64,000 nt of DNA from an uncultured delta proteobacterium (GCA_963771175.1 CAVYSY010000038.1:273103-337102), one strand, 5' to 3'. Positions 37,797 to 50,832 are shown, counted from the first letter of the stretch. Translations and numbers: made by a program. The notes: generated by a model not told the origin, from the sequence alone.

Positions 37797-40700
37797 GTGT
37801 TGTCTCTTCGTCTCGAATCCATCCGCGCCGCGCTGGCGGCGCTCGCATTGCTGGCCGCGCCGGTGATGGCGCAGACGCCCGCCTCCGAGGGGACCGCGCC
37901 CGCCGCGAGCCCCGCTGTCTCCACTCCGACGACTCCCCCGCCGAGGCTCCCGCGGAGCCGGTGAGCACCGAGCCCGCGACGCAGGCCGCTCCGACCGAGC
38001 CCGTGGCTACAGAGCCCGTTGCCGCCGAGCCCGCGACGCAGGCCGCGCCAACCGATGCACCCGTCGCGAGGGACGCGCTCGTGGCCGAGCCTCCCACCGA
38101 GGCGCCCGCCGCCGAGGCCACCGAGGACGAGCTGATGGCCGAGTCGGCCACTCCGCCCCCGGGCTTCACCGGCATCTACGGCCAGGTGAGCGACGCCCAG
38201 ACGAAGGAGACGCTCATCGAGGCCACGGTGAAGGTGGTGGCCGGCGCGCAGAAGAGCGTCCTCACGGACGTCGACGGCAACTACCGGCTGGCGCTGCCGC
38301 CCGGGAAGTACGACCTGCGCGTCTTCTATGACGTCTACGAGGGCCGCCGCATCACCGGCGTCGTCGTGGAGCAGGGGAAGGCCACGAAGCTGGACGTGCA
38401 GCTCAGCGCCGACGCGGGCGCCGTGCAGGAAGTCGTCGTCGAGGCCCGCGCGGACCGCCGTGCCGAGGGCGCGCTGCTGCAGGAGCGCAAGAAGGCCGCC
38501 GCGGTATCGGATGCCATCAGCTCCCAGGAGATTGCCCGCACGCCGGACTCGAGCGCCTCGGACGCGGTGAAGCGCGTGGTGAGCGCCACGGTGGTGGATG
38601 GCCGCTTCGTGCTCCTGCGTGGCCTGGGCGGACGCTACTCGGTGACGCTGCTCAACGGCGCGCTGCTGCCCAGCCCCGAGCCGGATGAGCCCTCGGTGCC
38701 GCTGGACCTGTTCCCCACCAGCCTGCTGGCCAACCTCAACGTGGTGAAGAGCTACACGGCGGACCTGCCCGGCACCTTCGGCGGCGGCACGCTGCAGATC
38801 GAAACCAACAGCTACCCGAGCAAGTTCGAGTTCAAGCCGCGCATCACCTTCTCCGGCGACAGCGAGGCCACCTTCCAGCAGCGCAACACGCAGCCGGGCA
38901 GCTTCGTGGAGGCGCTGGGCTTCGCGGGCCCCGAGCGCCGGCTGCCGGAGGGCCTGCCCCAGGACGAGCGGATGGGGGACTCGGCGAGCACCTGGAAGAG
39001 CTTCCCCAACCTCTGGTCCGCGCGCCGCACCACCGCGCTGCCCAACCTGGGCCTGGGCGCGTCCATGGGAGACACGCTGCGCTTCGGCAACAGCCGCCTG
39101 GGCTACCTGGCCACCGTCAACTACGGGCACAAGGAGAGCGTGCGCGTGTCCGAGTTCGCCCGCGCCATGCGCCAGTCGGAGGAGCTCGAGGCGCGAGACG
39201 CCGCTCGCACCGTCCAGGGCACCGAGAGCGCCAACCTCAGCGCGCTGGCCAGCGTGGGCTACCAGTTCGACCGCGACAGCGAGCTCACCTTCTTCAGCCT
39301 CTACACCCGCGGCACGGACAGCTCCACCCTCACCTCGCGCGGGGTGAACAACGAGCGCTCGGAGACGTACGAGAGCACCCGCCTGCAGTTCGTCTCCCGC
39401 GTCCTCTCCTTCAACCAGGTGCGCGGCTTCCACCGTCTCAACGGGCTGGGCGATGCCGAGCTGGACTGGCAGGCCAACTTCAGCCGCGTGGAGCGCGACG
39501 AGCCGGACACGCGAGACAGCCTCTACAGCGACGACCTGGGCAGCCCCAGCGGCAAGTTCTCCTTCCCCAACCAGCCCAACAGCGGCGAGCGCTTCTTCGG
39601 CACGCTGGGCGAGAGCTCCACGGGCGGCAGCGCCAGCCTCACCCTGCCCTTCACCGACGTGCGCGTGAAGGCGGGCGGCCTGGCCCAGGTGTCCTTCCGG
39701 GACTTCTCCGCGCGCCGCTTCCGCTACCAGCTCACCGACACGCCGGTGGACACCTCCCTGCCCCCCGAGGAGCTCTTCGGCTCGGACAACCTGGGGGCCG
39801 GCATCCGCATGCGCGAGTCCACCCGCGCCGATGACGCCTATGACGCGTACCTCGGCATCTTCGCCGGCTACGCGACGGCGGACTACACGCCCCTCGAGGC
39901 GCTGCGCCTGGTGGGTGGCGTGCGCGTGGAGCACTCGCTCCAGCAGCTCACCGCGCACAGCCCGTTCAACACCACGCCCGTCGCGAGCAACGACGCGAAG
40001 TACCTGGACGTGCTGCCGGCCCTCAACGCCATCTACTCGCTCAGCCCCACGGTCAACCTGCGCGCCGGCTACAGCTACACCCTGGCGCGGCCCACCTTCC
40101 GCGAGCTGGCGCCCTTCATCTTCTTCGACTTCGTGCGCCGCCGGAACGTGTCCGGCAACCCGGCGCTGCTCGAGACGCGCATCCACAACGTCGACGCCCG
40201 CGCCGAGTGGTTCGTGGGCGAGAACGAGGTGCTGGCCGCCAGCGCCTTCTACAAGCAGTTCCGAGACCCCATCGAGCGCATCATCATCAACCCGCAGTCG
40301 GGCGACGTGGGCTTCGACAACGCGGACGGGGCGCGCAGCTACGGCGTGGAGCTGGAGGCGCGCGCGTCACTCGGTCGCCTCTCCCCGGCCCTCTCCCAGT
40401 TCCGAGCGGCGGCCAACCTCACCCTCATCCAGTCCGACATCGTCCTGACGGACCCGCGCAAGCTGGGCGCGCAGACGAACAGCAACCGGCCCATGCAGGG
40501 CCAGTCGCCCTACGTCCTCAACCTCAACCTCGGCTACGACCGCTCCGAGAGCGGCACCGAGGTGGCCCTCCTCTACAACGTCTACGGCCCGCGCATCAGC
40601 GAGGTGGGCGTGCAGGGCCTGCCGGACATCTACGAGGCGCCCTTCCACCGCGTGGACCTGGCCCTCAGCCAGAAGCTGGGCAACGGCCTGCAGCTCAAGC

Positions 40701-40813
40701 TCACCGGCTCCAACCTCCTCAACTCCGCCGTCCACCTCCAGCAGGGCGGAATCAGCGTCTTGAAGTACCGCCCGGGCATCGCCTTCTCCGCGGCGCTCGG
40801 CTGGACCCTGTAA
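37797..40813 (+). CDS. TonB-dependent receptor with carboxypeptidase-regulatory-like N-domain (frameshift near 37930)
   Basis: GAGGAG RBS; signal peptide; P/A/T/E linker; LRGLGGRY plug; GNPALL; barrel C-terminus. Confidence 0.92.
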
Positions 40814-40841
40814 TCCCACGCAGTCACAAGGAAGCGTTCCA

Positions 40842-42200
40842 ATGAAGCGGATTGCCCTCGGTCTCACCCTCGGTATGTCCCTGCTCGCTGGCTGTGGCGA
40901 GCCGGAGAAGCCGGACACCGCCGACGACATCAGCGCCAACATCACCCAGGACACCACCTGGGCGGCTGACAAGGTCTACACGCTCAAGGGCTACATCTTC
41001 GTGGAGAGCGGCACGCTCACCATCGAGCCGGGCACGAAGGTCCTCGGCGAGGAGGGCAGCGCGCTCGTCATCACCCGCAACGCGAAGCTGAACGCGGTGG
41101 GCACGGCGGACAAGCCCATCGTCTTCACCAGCGCGAAGCCCGAGGGCCAGCGCACCGCGGGTGACTGGGGCGGCGTGGTGCTGCTGGGCAAGGCCCGCAT
41201 CAACGTCTCCGGCGGGCAGAACACCGTCGAGGGCTTCTTCGCCACCAGCGGGGATGAGCGCACGAAGTACGGCGGCGACGACGACACCCACGACTGCGGC
41301 AAGCTGAAGTACGCCCGCATCGAGTTCGCCGGGTACGAGCTGGCCGAGGACAACGAGCTCAACGGCCTGACCACGGGCGCCTGCGGCTCGAGCACGGAGC
41401 TCGACTACGTCCAGGTGCACAAGGGCGCCGACGACGGCGTGGAGATGTTCGGCGGCACCGCCAACCTCAAGCACGTCGTCATCAGCCAGCCGGACGACGA
41501 CGGCCTGGACTATGACCTGGGCTACACCGGCAAGGTGCAGTTCCTGGTGGTGCAGCAGAACGACAAGGTGGGCAACCGCGCCATCGAGGCCAGCGGCAAC
41601 AAGTCCAACAACACGGCCACCCCGCGCTCGGTGCCGGAGATCTGGAACGCCTCCTTCATCGGCTCGAACCGGGCGGCGGCCACCACGGGCACCAAGCAGG
41701 AGGGCCTGGTGTTCAACACCGGCGCGGGCGTGAAGCTGAACAACGCCATCGTCGCCTACTTCGCCGACAAGGCGATGGACGTGGACGGCGCGGCCTCGGC
41801 GCAGCTCTCCGAGTCCGGCAACCTGTCCATCAAGAACACCCTCTTCTGGCAGAACAAGGGCAACACCTCGTCCATCGGCTACTCGGCCAACCCGGTGAAG
41901 GACGCCAGCGGCAACACCACCAACGAGGACGCCACGCGCCTGTCGGATGGCACCATCTACAAGGAGCCGGAGCAGGTGCTGGCCGCAGCCAACAACAACC
42001 AGGTGGTGGACCCGAAGCTGAGCGCCGCGATGAACGTGACGGCGCCGAACTTCAAGCCGGCGCCCGAGTCGCCGGCGCTCATCACCACCCACGCCGCCAC
42101 GCCGACGGCGGACGGGTTCTTCGACACCAGCGCGCAGTTCATCGGCGCCGTGGGCAGCCAGGACTGGACGGCCGGCTGGACCGCGTTCCCGGAGAACTGA
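40842..42200 (+). CDS. surface lipoprotein with predicted beta-helix, TBDR partner
   Basis: lipobox [37 protein letters not shown]. Confidence 0.88.
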   Translation: MKRIALGLTLGMSLLAGCGEPEKPDTADDISANITQDTTWAADKVYTLKGYIFVESGTLTIEPGTKVLGEEGSALVITRNAKLNAVGTADKPIVFTSAKPEGQRTAGDWGGVVLLGKARINVSGGQNTVEGFFATSGDERTKYGGDDDTHDCGKLKYARIEFAGYELAEDNELNGLTTGACGSSTELDYVQVHKGADDGVEMFGGTANLKHVVISQPDDDGLDYDLGYTGKVQFLVVQQNDKVGNRAIEASGNKSNNTATPRSVPEIWNASFIGSNRAAATTGTKQEGLVFNTGAGVKLNNAIVAYFADKAMDVDGAASAQLSESGNLSIKNTLFWQNKGNTSSIGYSANPVKDASGNTTNEDATRLSDGTIYKEPEQVLAAANNNQVVDPKLSAAMNVTAPNFKPAPESPALITTHAATPTADGFFDTSAQFIGAVGSQDWTAGWTAFPEN

Positions 42201-42321
42201 GCGACACGCCGCACGCCGCCTCTGGTCCTGTCCGGCGGAGGCGGTCCACATCGCCCGGAGGTGCGTACTTCCCACGGAGGGGGCTCCGGAGAAGACGTGC
42301 CTCCGGGCGGTGCCTTTTCGG

Positions 42322-42882
<561 letters not shown>

Positions 42883-42955
42883 GACTGGAGCATGGGCAGC
42901 GGGGCACACTTCTTCAAGCGGGGGAAGGTGCCGAAGGACTCGTCCCAGCGGCAGT

Positions 42956-43537
42956 CTACCCCTCTTCCTGAACGATCCCCTGGCGGAGCAGCTCCTTCGC
43001 CAGGAAGGGGCAGTGCCTCCGGAGGTGGCGGAACTTCGTGTCTCCATCCCGCCAGGCCATGTAATGCGCCTCCCTGGCCCGGACGAACTCCCCGTCGTTC
43101 AGGTCCAACCGGTCGATCGTCTTCTGGACCTGGTCACGCTGCGGTTCGGACAGCCCTTCGCCCGGAATGACCTCGAGCGTGGACAATTCGAGCGCGAACC
43201 ATCCATCCTGCACCTCGAACGGATCCAGAACATCCTCGAGATCGTTCTTGCGCGCGTTCATCCGGACACAAGCGAGCCGGTAGTTGCTCCACTCGTAGGC
43301 CAGCTCGCGCCGCTTCGACTTGGGAAGCAGGTGGTCGACCGAGAGCGCGCCGGTGCCACGAGGAATGTGGAGGGACGAATAGGCACAGACCCCCTTGTAC
43401 GCCTCCCAGAGTTGGGTAGCACAGGAACGCCAGAGGGGTCGAAGCTCACCGTCCGACGAGACCAGATCGGCACGGCCCGGCTGACGGACCCTGGCATCAA
43501 AGTCCGATGGCTCGGGCTGGGGCTCGACATGAATCAC
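42956..43537 (-). CDS. HNH-type endonuclease (PtuB-like)
   Basis: CAYS...SVDHLLPKS...AYEWSNYRLAC...N; GTG start overlaps the ATPase stop. Confidence 0.8.
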   Translation of the reverse strand: MIHVEPQPEPSDFDARVRQPGRADLVSSDGELRPLWRSCATQLWEAYKGVCAYSSLHIPRGTGALSVDHLLPKSKRRELAYEWSNYRLACVRMNARKNDLEDVLDPFEVQDGWFALELSTLEVIPGEGLSEPQRDQVQKTIDRLDLNDGEFVRAREAHYMAWRDGDTKFRHLRRHCPFLAKELLRQGIVQEEG

Positions 43538-44781
43538 GGCTCGATCCCCGCGGCCTCGGCACGTGCGAGCCAGCGTGGCCAGAATGGATCCGTATCCTTG
43601 AGAAGCCGATACAGCTCGTTGTGAATCCGCTTTACCTCCTCGATGGGGAGGTGGGGATCCTTGAGCGCGGCCTTGGCGAGGGTGATGGCATCCTCGGCTT
43701 CCTTGGAGCGGGCCTCCTTGAGGTCGAAGACCTCCGAGGTGAGCCACGCGTTGGCGTCGCCACGGGGTCGCCAGTCGGCCTTGGTGACCTTCACTTCGTG
43801 GCCCACGAGGTCGAACATGAAGAGGGCATCCTGGTCCGAGTCGAACAAGGGCTCCACCGAGGCGAGGACAAGGGGCGCGTGGGTGACGGCGATCACCTGG
43901 ACCTTCACGTCCGGGCTGAGTTCGCGAACGACTGCTAGCAGCGAGGGCAAGATGAGCCGCTGCCAACGAGGGTGAAGGTGGGCTTCCACCTCGTCTATGA
44001 GGAACACGAGGTGGTCGGCCGGCTTCTCCTGAAGCAACTCGGCAGCCCGAAGATGCTCCTCCCATGCCCAGACAAGAAGGTAGGCGAGACCGACAATGCG
44101 CTGGATGCCGGCGGATGCTTGGGTGAGGGGGACGATGCCATAAGGCATCTCCAGTGTCGGAATGTCCCGAGCGTCATCGACACCAACGCGGGTGGGCTCT
44201 CCAGGCGTCAGCGGCTCATTGGCATCTGGCGAGAGCACCGCCAGCACCTCGCGAAGACGCGCAAAAGACGCCGCGCTCTTCAGCTGCCAGTAGACCCAGT
44301 CCCTGACGAGCCCATTGCACAAGACACGCCCGTTCTCCACCAACCCGTTCCAGAGCGCATCCTGAGAGAAGTCGTAGGACTTCGGGCCAGCCGTTCCATG
44401 GCGTACACGCGAGAAGTCGTTTCGCACGGGATCCCATACGCGGAATCCTCCATCGATGCGTGCATAGAGGGTGAGCCCGGAGTTCGTCACCCAGTCGAAC
44501 AACTCATCGCCCGTGTTCCGCCGTCCCCAACGCACAGTGCGCTGAAGATTGATCGTATGCCCCTCCCCCGTCACGATCTCAGCGGAGACCTGCCCCTCCC
44601 GGCCATGTCTGGGGAATGCAGGCACCGGATCGGCGTTCCGGGTCAGCGCCCACCACGCCAGTTCGAGCACGAAGCTCTTCCCCAAGCCGTTGTCACCGGT
44701 CAGCAGGTTGAGGCGCGGCCCAAACGAGAACGAAAGCCGAGGGCTCGGCCCCACTTCCTCCAACTTCAGCTCACCGAGCAT
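43534..44781 (-). CDS. AAA/ABC-type ATPase (PtuA-like)
   Basis: GDNGLGKS; ASAGIQR; LIDEVEAHLHPRWQR; VTHAP; GAGGAGGAG RBS. Confidence 0.9.
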   Translation of the reverse strand: MLGELKLEEVGPSPRLSFSFGPRLNLLTGDNGLGKSFVLELAWWALTRNADPVPAFPRHGREGQVSAEIVTGEGHTINLQRTVRWGRRNTGDELFDWVTNSGLTLYARIDGGFRVWDPVRNDFSRVRHGTAGPKSYDFSQDALWNGLVENGRVLCNGLVRDWVYWQLKSAASFARLREVLAVLSPDANEPLTPGEPTRVGVDDARDIPTLEMPYGIVPLTQASAGIQRIVGLAYLLVWAWEEHLRAAELLQEKPADHLVFLIDEVEAHLHPRWQRLILPSLLAVVRELSPDVKVQVIAVTHAPLVLASVEPLFDSDQDALFMFDLVGHEVKVTKADWRPRGDANAWLTSEVFDLKEARSKEAEDAITLAKAALKDPHLPIEEVKRIHNELYRLLKDTDPFWPRWLARAEAAGIEP

Positions 44782-44843
44782 CCGGGCTCCTCCTCGCGAG
44801 GCCAGCAAGCGACTCCTCTTATGTGAGTTCCCTCGCTCCCATC

Positions 44844-44885
44844 AAAAATAAAGCCGGCCCGGAGCCCCGAGGCGTTCCAGGCCGG
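44844..44885 (-). terminator. rho-independent terminator
   Basis: minus strand ccggcctgg...ccgggccgg stem followed by tttattttt. Confidence 0.75.
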
Positions 44886-44915
44886 ACGGACTCCATGCAA
44901 CGGGAAGCCTGGGCC

Positions 44916-45435
44916 TCAAGCGGCCACGGGACGCGCGGCCACGGGCGCCTCGGCCGACTCCGTGGCGGCGACGAGGGACTCAGGCGAGCCGCCGTCGGAG
45001 AACAGCGGGGCGCTCGGGCGGGACTTCGGCGGACGGCCCCGGCGCTTCGGCGCGGTCTCGTCGTTCTGCGCGGCGGCCTCGGAAACCATGCCGTCCGGAC
45101 GCGCCGTCTTGCGCGCCCCTCGCGGCAGGCTGATGGCCTCCAGCTTCGTGCTCAGCACCGCGTCCTCCTCGGCGAACACGCGCGCGTACGCCAGCGCCCG
45201 CTGGCCCTTCTGCAGCAGCGCCTCCTGGCTCTCGCCCAACGTCTGGCGCGCCGCCTCCAGCGCCGCCTGCGCCTGGGCCACCGCCTCGGCCTGCGCCTTC
45301 ACCCGGGCCGCCGCCTCGTCCAACACCTCCGCGTCCACATCCGGGAACTTCACCTCGGACAGGTCCGTGGAGAACACCTCGAGCAGTGCCCGGCATCGCG
45401 GGCGAGATGGGATCGTTTTCGGTCGTGTCGAACAT
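44916..45435 (-). CDS. hypothetical coiled-coil protein with C-terminal AT-hook (frameshift near 45390)
   Basis: MFDTTENDPISPAM...VKFPDVD; KRRGRPPK. Confidence 0.7.
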
Positions 45436-45644
45436 GGGTTGGGACTCCCCTCCAACGAGCAGCGTGGGCCCGCCATGTGCACAGATGTTCAGTGCCATTT
45501 CAAGGGGGTACGCCGCGGAGCCGATTTATCGGCCTCGCGCCGCGTTCACGTCCCGACCCATCAGCGGCGGCGGGCGGGGATGACCCCCCACATGTGGGCG
45601 GGCAACCCTACATCCCGAGTCTCCTGCCGGACGGACTCGGGGAC

Positions 45645-46745
45645 TCAATCCACGCGCACCAGCGACACGGTGCGCACGCCCTGGGCCGGGTCCACGTCCA
45701 CCGCCAGGAAGTGCCGCCCCACCCCGTCGAACTGCTCGGGGATGGCGCCGCCGCCTCCCGAGATGAACGACGGAATCCCCGCGTTGGAGAACGAGTAGTA
45801 CGAGTGCACGTGGCCGTAGAGCGTGAGGTCCACTCCCCCGCGCGACAGCTTCGCCAGCAGGGAGGCCGCCTCGTTGCGGCTCGCGAAGGCGCCGTTGCGC
45901 ACCCCGATGGGGTCCACGATGGGGATGTGCGTGCCCAGGATGTGCACCGCGTCCTGGCCCGCCGCCAGCCACCCGTCCAGTGCCTCGTCCGCCCTCGGGT
46001 CCAACGAGCCGTTGCCCGAGTCGATCATCGTGAAGTGCACGCCCTGGAAGGTGAAGTGCAGGTTGCCCCGGCCGAAGTACTCGTGCCAGCGCGGGTCCGG
46101 GGTGATGATCTCGTGGTTGCCCAGCGTGGCGAAGAGGGGGATGCGCGACTCCTGCAGGCGCGACTGGAACTCCTCCAGCTGCTCCACGGTGCCCGTCTGC
46201 GTCAGGTCCCCCGAGAAGAAGATGAAGCGCAGCGAGGGGTCCGCGTTGATGCGCCGGTAGATGTCGCCCACGCGCGGCAGGGCCTCCTGCACGTCCGCCA
46301 GCGCCGCGAAGCGGAAGGGTATCGGCTGCTCCCACATGGGAGGCGCCACCGTCAGCCGAGCCTCCGCGCCCGCCGGCAGCCGCACCCGCCACGTCTTCAC
46401 CGTGGGCTGAAGCCCGGGCACGGACTCCACCACCAGCGGCTCGCCGCCCACCATCGCGGAGAGCTCCGCGTCCGGCATGACGTTGCGCACCACCACAACC
46501 CAGGACTCGGTGGCCCCGGACGAAACCAGCGCGCGCACGTGGAAGGCCGGCGCCGAGCCCCACAGCGTCAGCGTGCCCGGCTCCTGCTTGCGCACCACCG
46601 CCAGCCCGTCCTCCACGGTGAAGGCCACCCCACCCACCTCCGACCGCCCCACCTCCAGATCCTTCAGCGCGCGCTCCTCCGACGGCCGCGCACAGCCCCC
46701 GGCCAGCAGCGCGAGCACGACGGCTCCCAGGCCCACGTTCCTCAC
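45645..46745 (-). CDS. metallophosphoesterase lipoprotein
   Basis: lipobox LAGGC; DVQ, GDLT, GNHE, HIP and GHVH motifs. Confidence 0.9.
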   Translation of the reverse strand: MRNVGLGAVVLALLAGGCARPSEERALKDLEVGRSEVGGVAFTVEDGLAVVRKQEPGTLTLWGSAPAFHVRALVSSGATESWVVVVRNVMPDAELSAMVGGEPLVVESVPGLQPTVKTWRVRLPAGAEARLTVAPPMWEQPIPFRFAALADVQEALPRVGDIYRRINADPSLRFIFFSGDLTQTGTVEQLEEFQSRLQESRIPLFATLGNHEIITPDPRWHEYFGRGNLHFTFQGVHFTMIDSGNGSLDPRADEALDGWLAAGQDAVHILGTHIPIVDPIGVRNGAFASRNEAASLLAKLSRGGVDLTLYGHVHSYYSFSNAGIPSFISGGGGAIPEQFDGVGRHFLAVDVDPAQGVRTVSLVRVD

Positions 46746-47950
46746 ATCCCACCTCCCAGCGCGTAGACGAGCGACACCCGGCCCACCAGGGCCGAGCCCG
46801 CCTGCAGGTCCGTGGACACGCCCCACCGCTCGGTGAGCAGGACACGCCCGCGCAGCCCGAAGTACCCCGGCACGCCTCCGAACCTCTGGATGCCGCCCGG
46901 GAAGTCGTCCTTGCGGTGGTCGTAATAGAAGAGCGCCTCGCCCCGGAAGGGTCCGCCGCGCCCCAGGTACACGCCGTAGCCGAAGGTGTAGAGGAGCGCA
47001 TCGAAGAGGCTGTCGTCCGCCGGGCCCGCGTAGACGTAGCGCTGCACCGCCAGCCCCACGCCCAGCTCCGCGAAGGAGCCGGCCATCCTCGGGCTCATGC
47101 GCGCCATGTCGTAGCGGCCCCGGAGGAAGAGCTCACCACCACCCAGGGTGAAACCCTCGGTGGGGTAGCGGTGCACGAGCGCCGCGGCTTCCAGGTCCAC
47201 CGCCGAGCCATCCGCGCCCCCACGCGCGCCCTCGGGCCCGCCCAGCAGCCGGTACGCGCCGCCCACGCGCACGCGCAGGTTGCCATCATCCGGCGACAGC
47301 TTCGCCCCAGCCTCCAGGCGCACGCGCTCCAGCCGCGCCAACGCGCCCAGCGAGACGAAGTGCCGATAGCTGAAGGCCGGGTCCGCCACGTGCTGGTAGC
47401 CCAGTTCCAGCTCGAGCGGGGGCAGGCGCTGGGGAGCCACGCCCGGGGGAAACGCGGGCGACACCGCCGCGTAGAGGTTGGACAGCGTGGAGATGGAAAA
47501 GAGGCCCACACCCGTCAGCGTCACCGCGTACAGCGGGCCGATGATGCGACGCGAGGCCCCGGAGAGCGCGATCGGCACCATGCCCCCCATCAGCAGCCCG
47601 AGGCCCGAGCCCTCCAGGAGGAACATCCGCCCCGCCGTCCGGGTGTCTCCCGCCACGAGTGGCCCCAGCCCGTGCAGCAGCAGGCCCGGCACCACGGAGA
47701 CGGCCGCGGGTAGCACGGCGAAGGGAGGCCGAGCCCCCAGCGTCCCCGGAAGCGGCGCGAGCACCGCGTTCCCCTCCGACATGGGCGCCACCGGGGTGAG
47801 CCCAGCCGTGGTCGGCACGTCCGTGGGCCTGGACTCCCCGACCGGCGACGCCTCCGCCCGAGCCACCGCTCCGCCCGGCGACACCGCCAGGGCGAGCACC
47901 ATCAGCCCCCCCATCCCATGGGAGAGGCACCTGCGACTCAGCGCAATCAT
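46742..47950 (-). CDS. hypothetical exported/outer-membrane protein
   Basis: signal-like N-terminus, alternating beta-strand pattern; stop overlaps the phosphoesterase start. Confidence 0.65.
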   Translation of the reverse strand: MIALSRRCLSHGMGGLMVLALAVSPGGAVARAEASPVGESRPTDVPTTAGLTPVAPMSEGNAVLAPLPGTLGARPPFAVLPAAVSVVPGLLLHGLGPLVAGDTRTAGRMFLLEGSGLGLLMGGMVPIALSGASRRIIGPLYAVTLTGVGLFSISTLSNLYAAVSPAFPPGVAPQRLPPLELELGYQHVADPAFSYRHFVSLGALARLERVRLEAGAKLSPDDGNLRVRVGGAYRLLGGPEGARGGADGSAVDLEAAALVHRYPTEGFTLGGGELFLRGRYDMARMSPRMAGSFAELGVGLAVQRYVYAGPADDSLFDALLYTFGYGVYLGRGGPFRGEALFYYDHRKDDFPGGIQRFGGVPGYFGLRGRVLLTERWGVSTDLQAGSALVGRVSLVYALGGGM

Positions 47951-48154
47951 TGCGGTTCCCATCATCCCAGGGCGCTCCGGCAGATCCACCCCCAGGCTGC
48001 CCACCCGGCTCCTTTCAGGATAAAGCGTTGCCTTGTAGATTCGCAGACCGCTCACCGGGGTAGGTGCGTGGAATACACCTGGGGAGGACCCCCCTCGGGA
48101 CTTTTGAGCGAAGCGGGGTATGCTCCGCTCCCCCTTTTCATCGCGACGCGCATC

Positions 48155-50832
48155 GTGGCCGCCAACGAAGCCCGGGAGTTTGGCAAGTACGAACTGGTAT
48201 CGAAGCTCGCCGCGGGCGGGATGGCGATCACCTATCGTGCGCGTCTGAAGGGCGCTGCGGGGGTGACCAAGCAGGTGGTCATCAAGCAGATCCTCCCCCA
48301 CTTCGCCGACGACCCCGAGCTTCGTGGAGATGTTCGTCAGCGAGGCGCGGGTGGCGGCGGGCCTGACGCACGGCAACATCGCCCAGGTCTTCGACTTCGG
48401 AGAGATCGACGGCCAGTACTTCCTGGCGATGGAGTTCGTCCACGGCCAGCCGCTGTCCAAGCTGCTGCGGCGCGCGCAGAAGGCGCGGGATGCCGGGCCT
48501 GCCGATGCCCCTGGCGCTGCACATCGCCAGCCAGGTGTGCGACGGGCTGGACTACGCGCACCGGCACGTGGGCGAGGACGGCCGGCCCATGGGGCTCGTC
48601 CACCGCGACGTGTCGCCGGACAACGTGCTCATCTCCTACGAGGGCCAGGTCAAGGTCATCGACTTCGGCATCGCCAAGGCCACGAGCGTGGTGGAGGCGC
48701 GCACCTCGCCCGGCACCCTCAAGGGCAAGTACCCGTACTTCTCCACCGAGCAGGCCCGCGGCCAGCAGGACCTGGACGCACGCTCGGACGTCTTCGCCGT
48801 CGGCGTGGTGCTCTACGAGATGCTGTGCGGCCGGCGCCCCTACGAGGGCGAGCTCGCCGCCGTGCTGCCGCGCATCCTCAAGGGCGACTACGCGCGGCCC
48901 TCGGCCCTCAACCCCGCCATCTCCCCGGAGCTGGAGACGGTGATGGGCTCACGCGATGGCGTTGGATCGCGAGGCAGCGCTACCCCACCGCGCAGGCCTT
49001 CTCCGAGGCGCTGCGCGAGCAGCTCTACTCGGCCAACCCGCGCTTCTCGCCCGTGCTGCTCTCGCAGCTGCCTGGGCCACCTCTTCGCCGAGGAGCTCGC
49101 CGCCGAGGGCCGCCGGATCGAGCTGACCCCCGCCTTCACGGAGATGCTCGCCGACTTGCAGGCGCAGCCCCGGGGCGAGCCCACCGGAGTGCGTCCGCGG
49201 CCGCCCACGGGTGGCAATCGTTCCGGTCCTGGCACCAACTCCGGCCAGCGCCCCGCGCTGAGGACGCCGTCCGGCACTGGCGGCTCGAGCAGCCGCCCCG
49301 CCCTTTCCCGTCCCTCCGGCGGCGGAAGCAACGGGGGGATGCGCTCCGTGAGCTCGGCCTCCGTGCGCCGGGTGACGTCGAATAGCGTGCCGAGGACCAT
49401 CGCCGCCCCCACGCGCAGCAGCGATCGCATCCCGGTGGCCACCATGGTGGCCCCGCCGGATGTGACGGAGGGGCCCGCGACGGCCGTATCGAAGCAGGTG
49501 AGCGTCGCCCTGCAGGTCCACGACACCCCCGTCGAGGTGCCGGCCGTCCGCCCCTCGGCGATGACGGACGCCCTGCGCCCCCTGCGCGAGGCCCAGGCCC
49601 GCGAGGAGGCGGAGCGCTCCGAGCGGCGCCAGCGCCTGGTGCTGCTCATCAGCGTGCCCCTCTTCGGTCTCGCGCTGCTGCTGGGCGGCCTGCACTACTT
49701 CATGTCCGGCAGGTCCGAGGAGCTCCCCAAGGGCTCGCTGTGGCTCACCTCCAAGCCGCCAGGCGCCTCGGTGAAGATCAACGGCAGGGACGTGTCCGGC
49801 GTCACGCCGCTCGTCGTCAAGGGTGTCACCCTGGACGAGGCCAACACCCTCATCCTCACCCTGCCGGGCTACCGGCCGTGGACGAAGCGCTTCACGCCCA
49901 CCAGCGAGAACGAGCCTCCCATGCACGTGGAGCTCGAGCGTCTCGAGCCGGAGCCGTCGGCCACCGACACCCCCAAGGTCACGGCCACCGACGTCCCCGA
50001 GGCCACGGCGGACGGTGGAACCCAGACCATGGCGGACGGTGGGACCCAGGCCGTGGCGGCCGCCCCTGACGCGGGCCCCGAGGCGGTGGAAGCGGGCCTC
50101 AAGTACAACGAGGTGGAGTACCCGACGCGGCTGTTCGTCCTGCGGCCCCTGTACAACGCCGTCCCGATGGAGAAGTACGGCACCGCCTCCATCGAGCTCA
50201 GCCCCGGGGCGAGCTACTCCGTCAGCGCGAGCGGTGGCGTCTCGCTCCAGAAGGGGCGGGGTGGCTCGACCGGCATGCTCGCCTTCTACGCCGAGGGGGA
50301 CAACGTGCCCGTGGAGGAGTCCTTCGGACTGCTCGGCGCGGGGTCGCGCACCATCAAGGGCGCGCGCCGGCTGCACGTCTTCATGCTGGACGATGATCTC
50401 TCGGACAACAGCGGCACCATGCGGGTCAACCTGCGCCAGTCCCAGTGGGTGCCGCCGCGCCAGCTCGCGTTCGACGCCACCCGGGACGCCCTGGTGCTCA
50501 AGCCCGAGCACCAGCTCGTGCTACGCGGGCTCAACCCGGACGCCATCTACCTGCTCACCGTGCGCGACGACTTCGCGGAGCTGCGCTCCGGGGGCAAGGG
50601 GCGTACACGTCGGGTGCTGTGCGCGGAGAGCAGCCAGAAGTCCGGCCGGCGCAACCACCGCCTGCTGGAGGCAGGCAAGCGCTACCAGCTCACCGGGGCG
50701 GACACCCTGCGCTGCACCTTCCCGGACAGCCGGGTGGAGGACAACGCCGGGGCGCTCGAGGTGGACATCGTCGACGTGACGGAGATGTCGCGCCGCGAGC
50801 GCGCAGCGGCCCTTCGCGGCGCCTCCCGTTGA
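48155..50832 (+). CDS. membrane Ser/Thr protein kinase with PEGA domain (several frameshifts)
   Basis: FGKYEL...[20 protein letters not shown] helix; [12 protein letters not shown]. Confidence 0.9.

Noticed and set aside
37960..38120. Short repeats at the start of the TonB-dependent receptor
   Set aside because: Ordinary Pro/Ala/Thr/Glu low-complexity linker
42956..44781. Retron system
   Set aside because: No reverse transcriptase or msr-msd structure identified in the window
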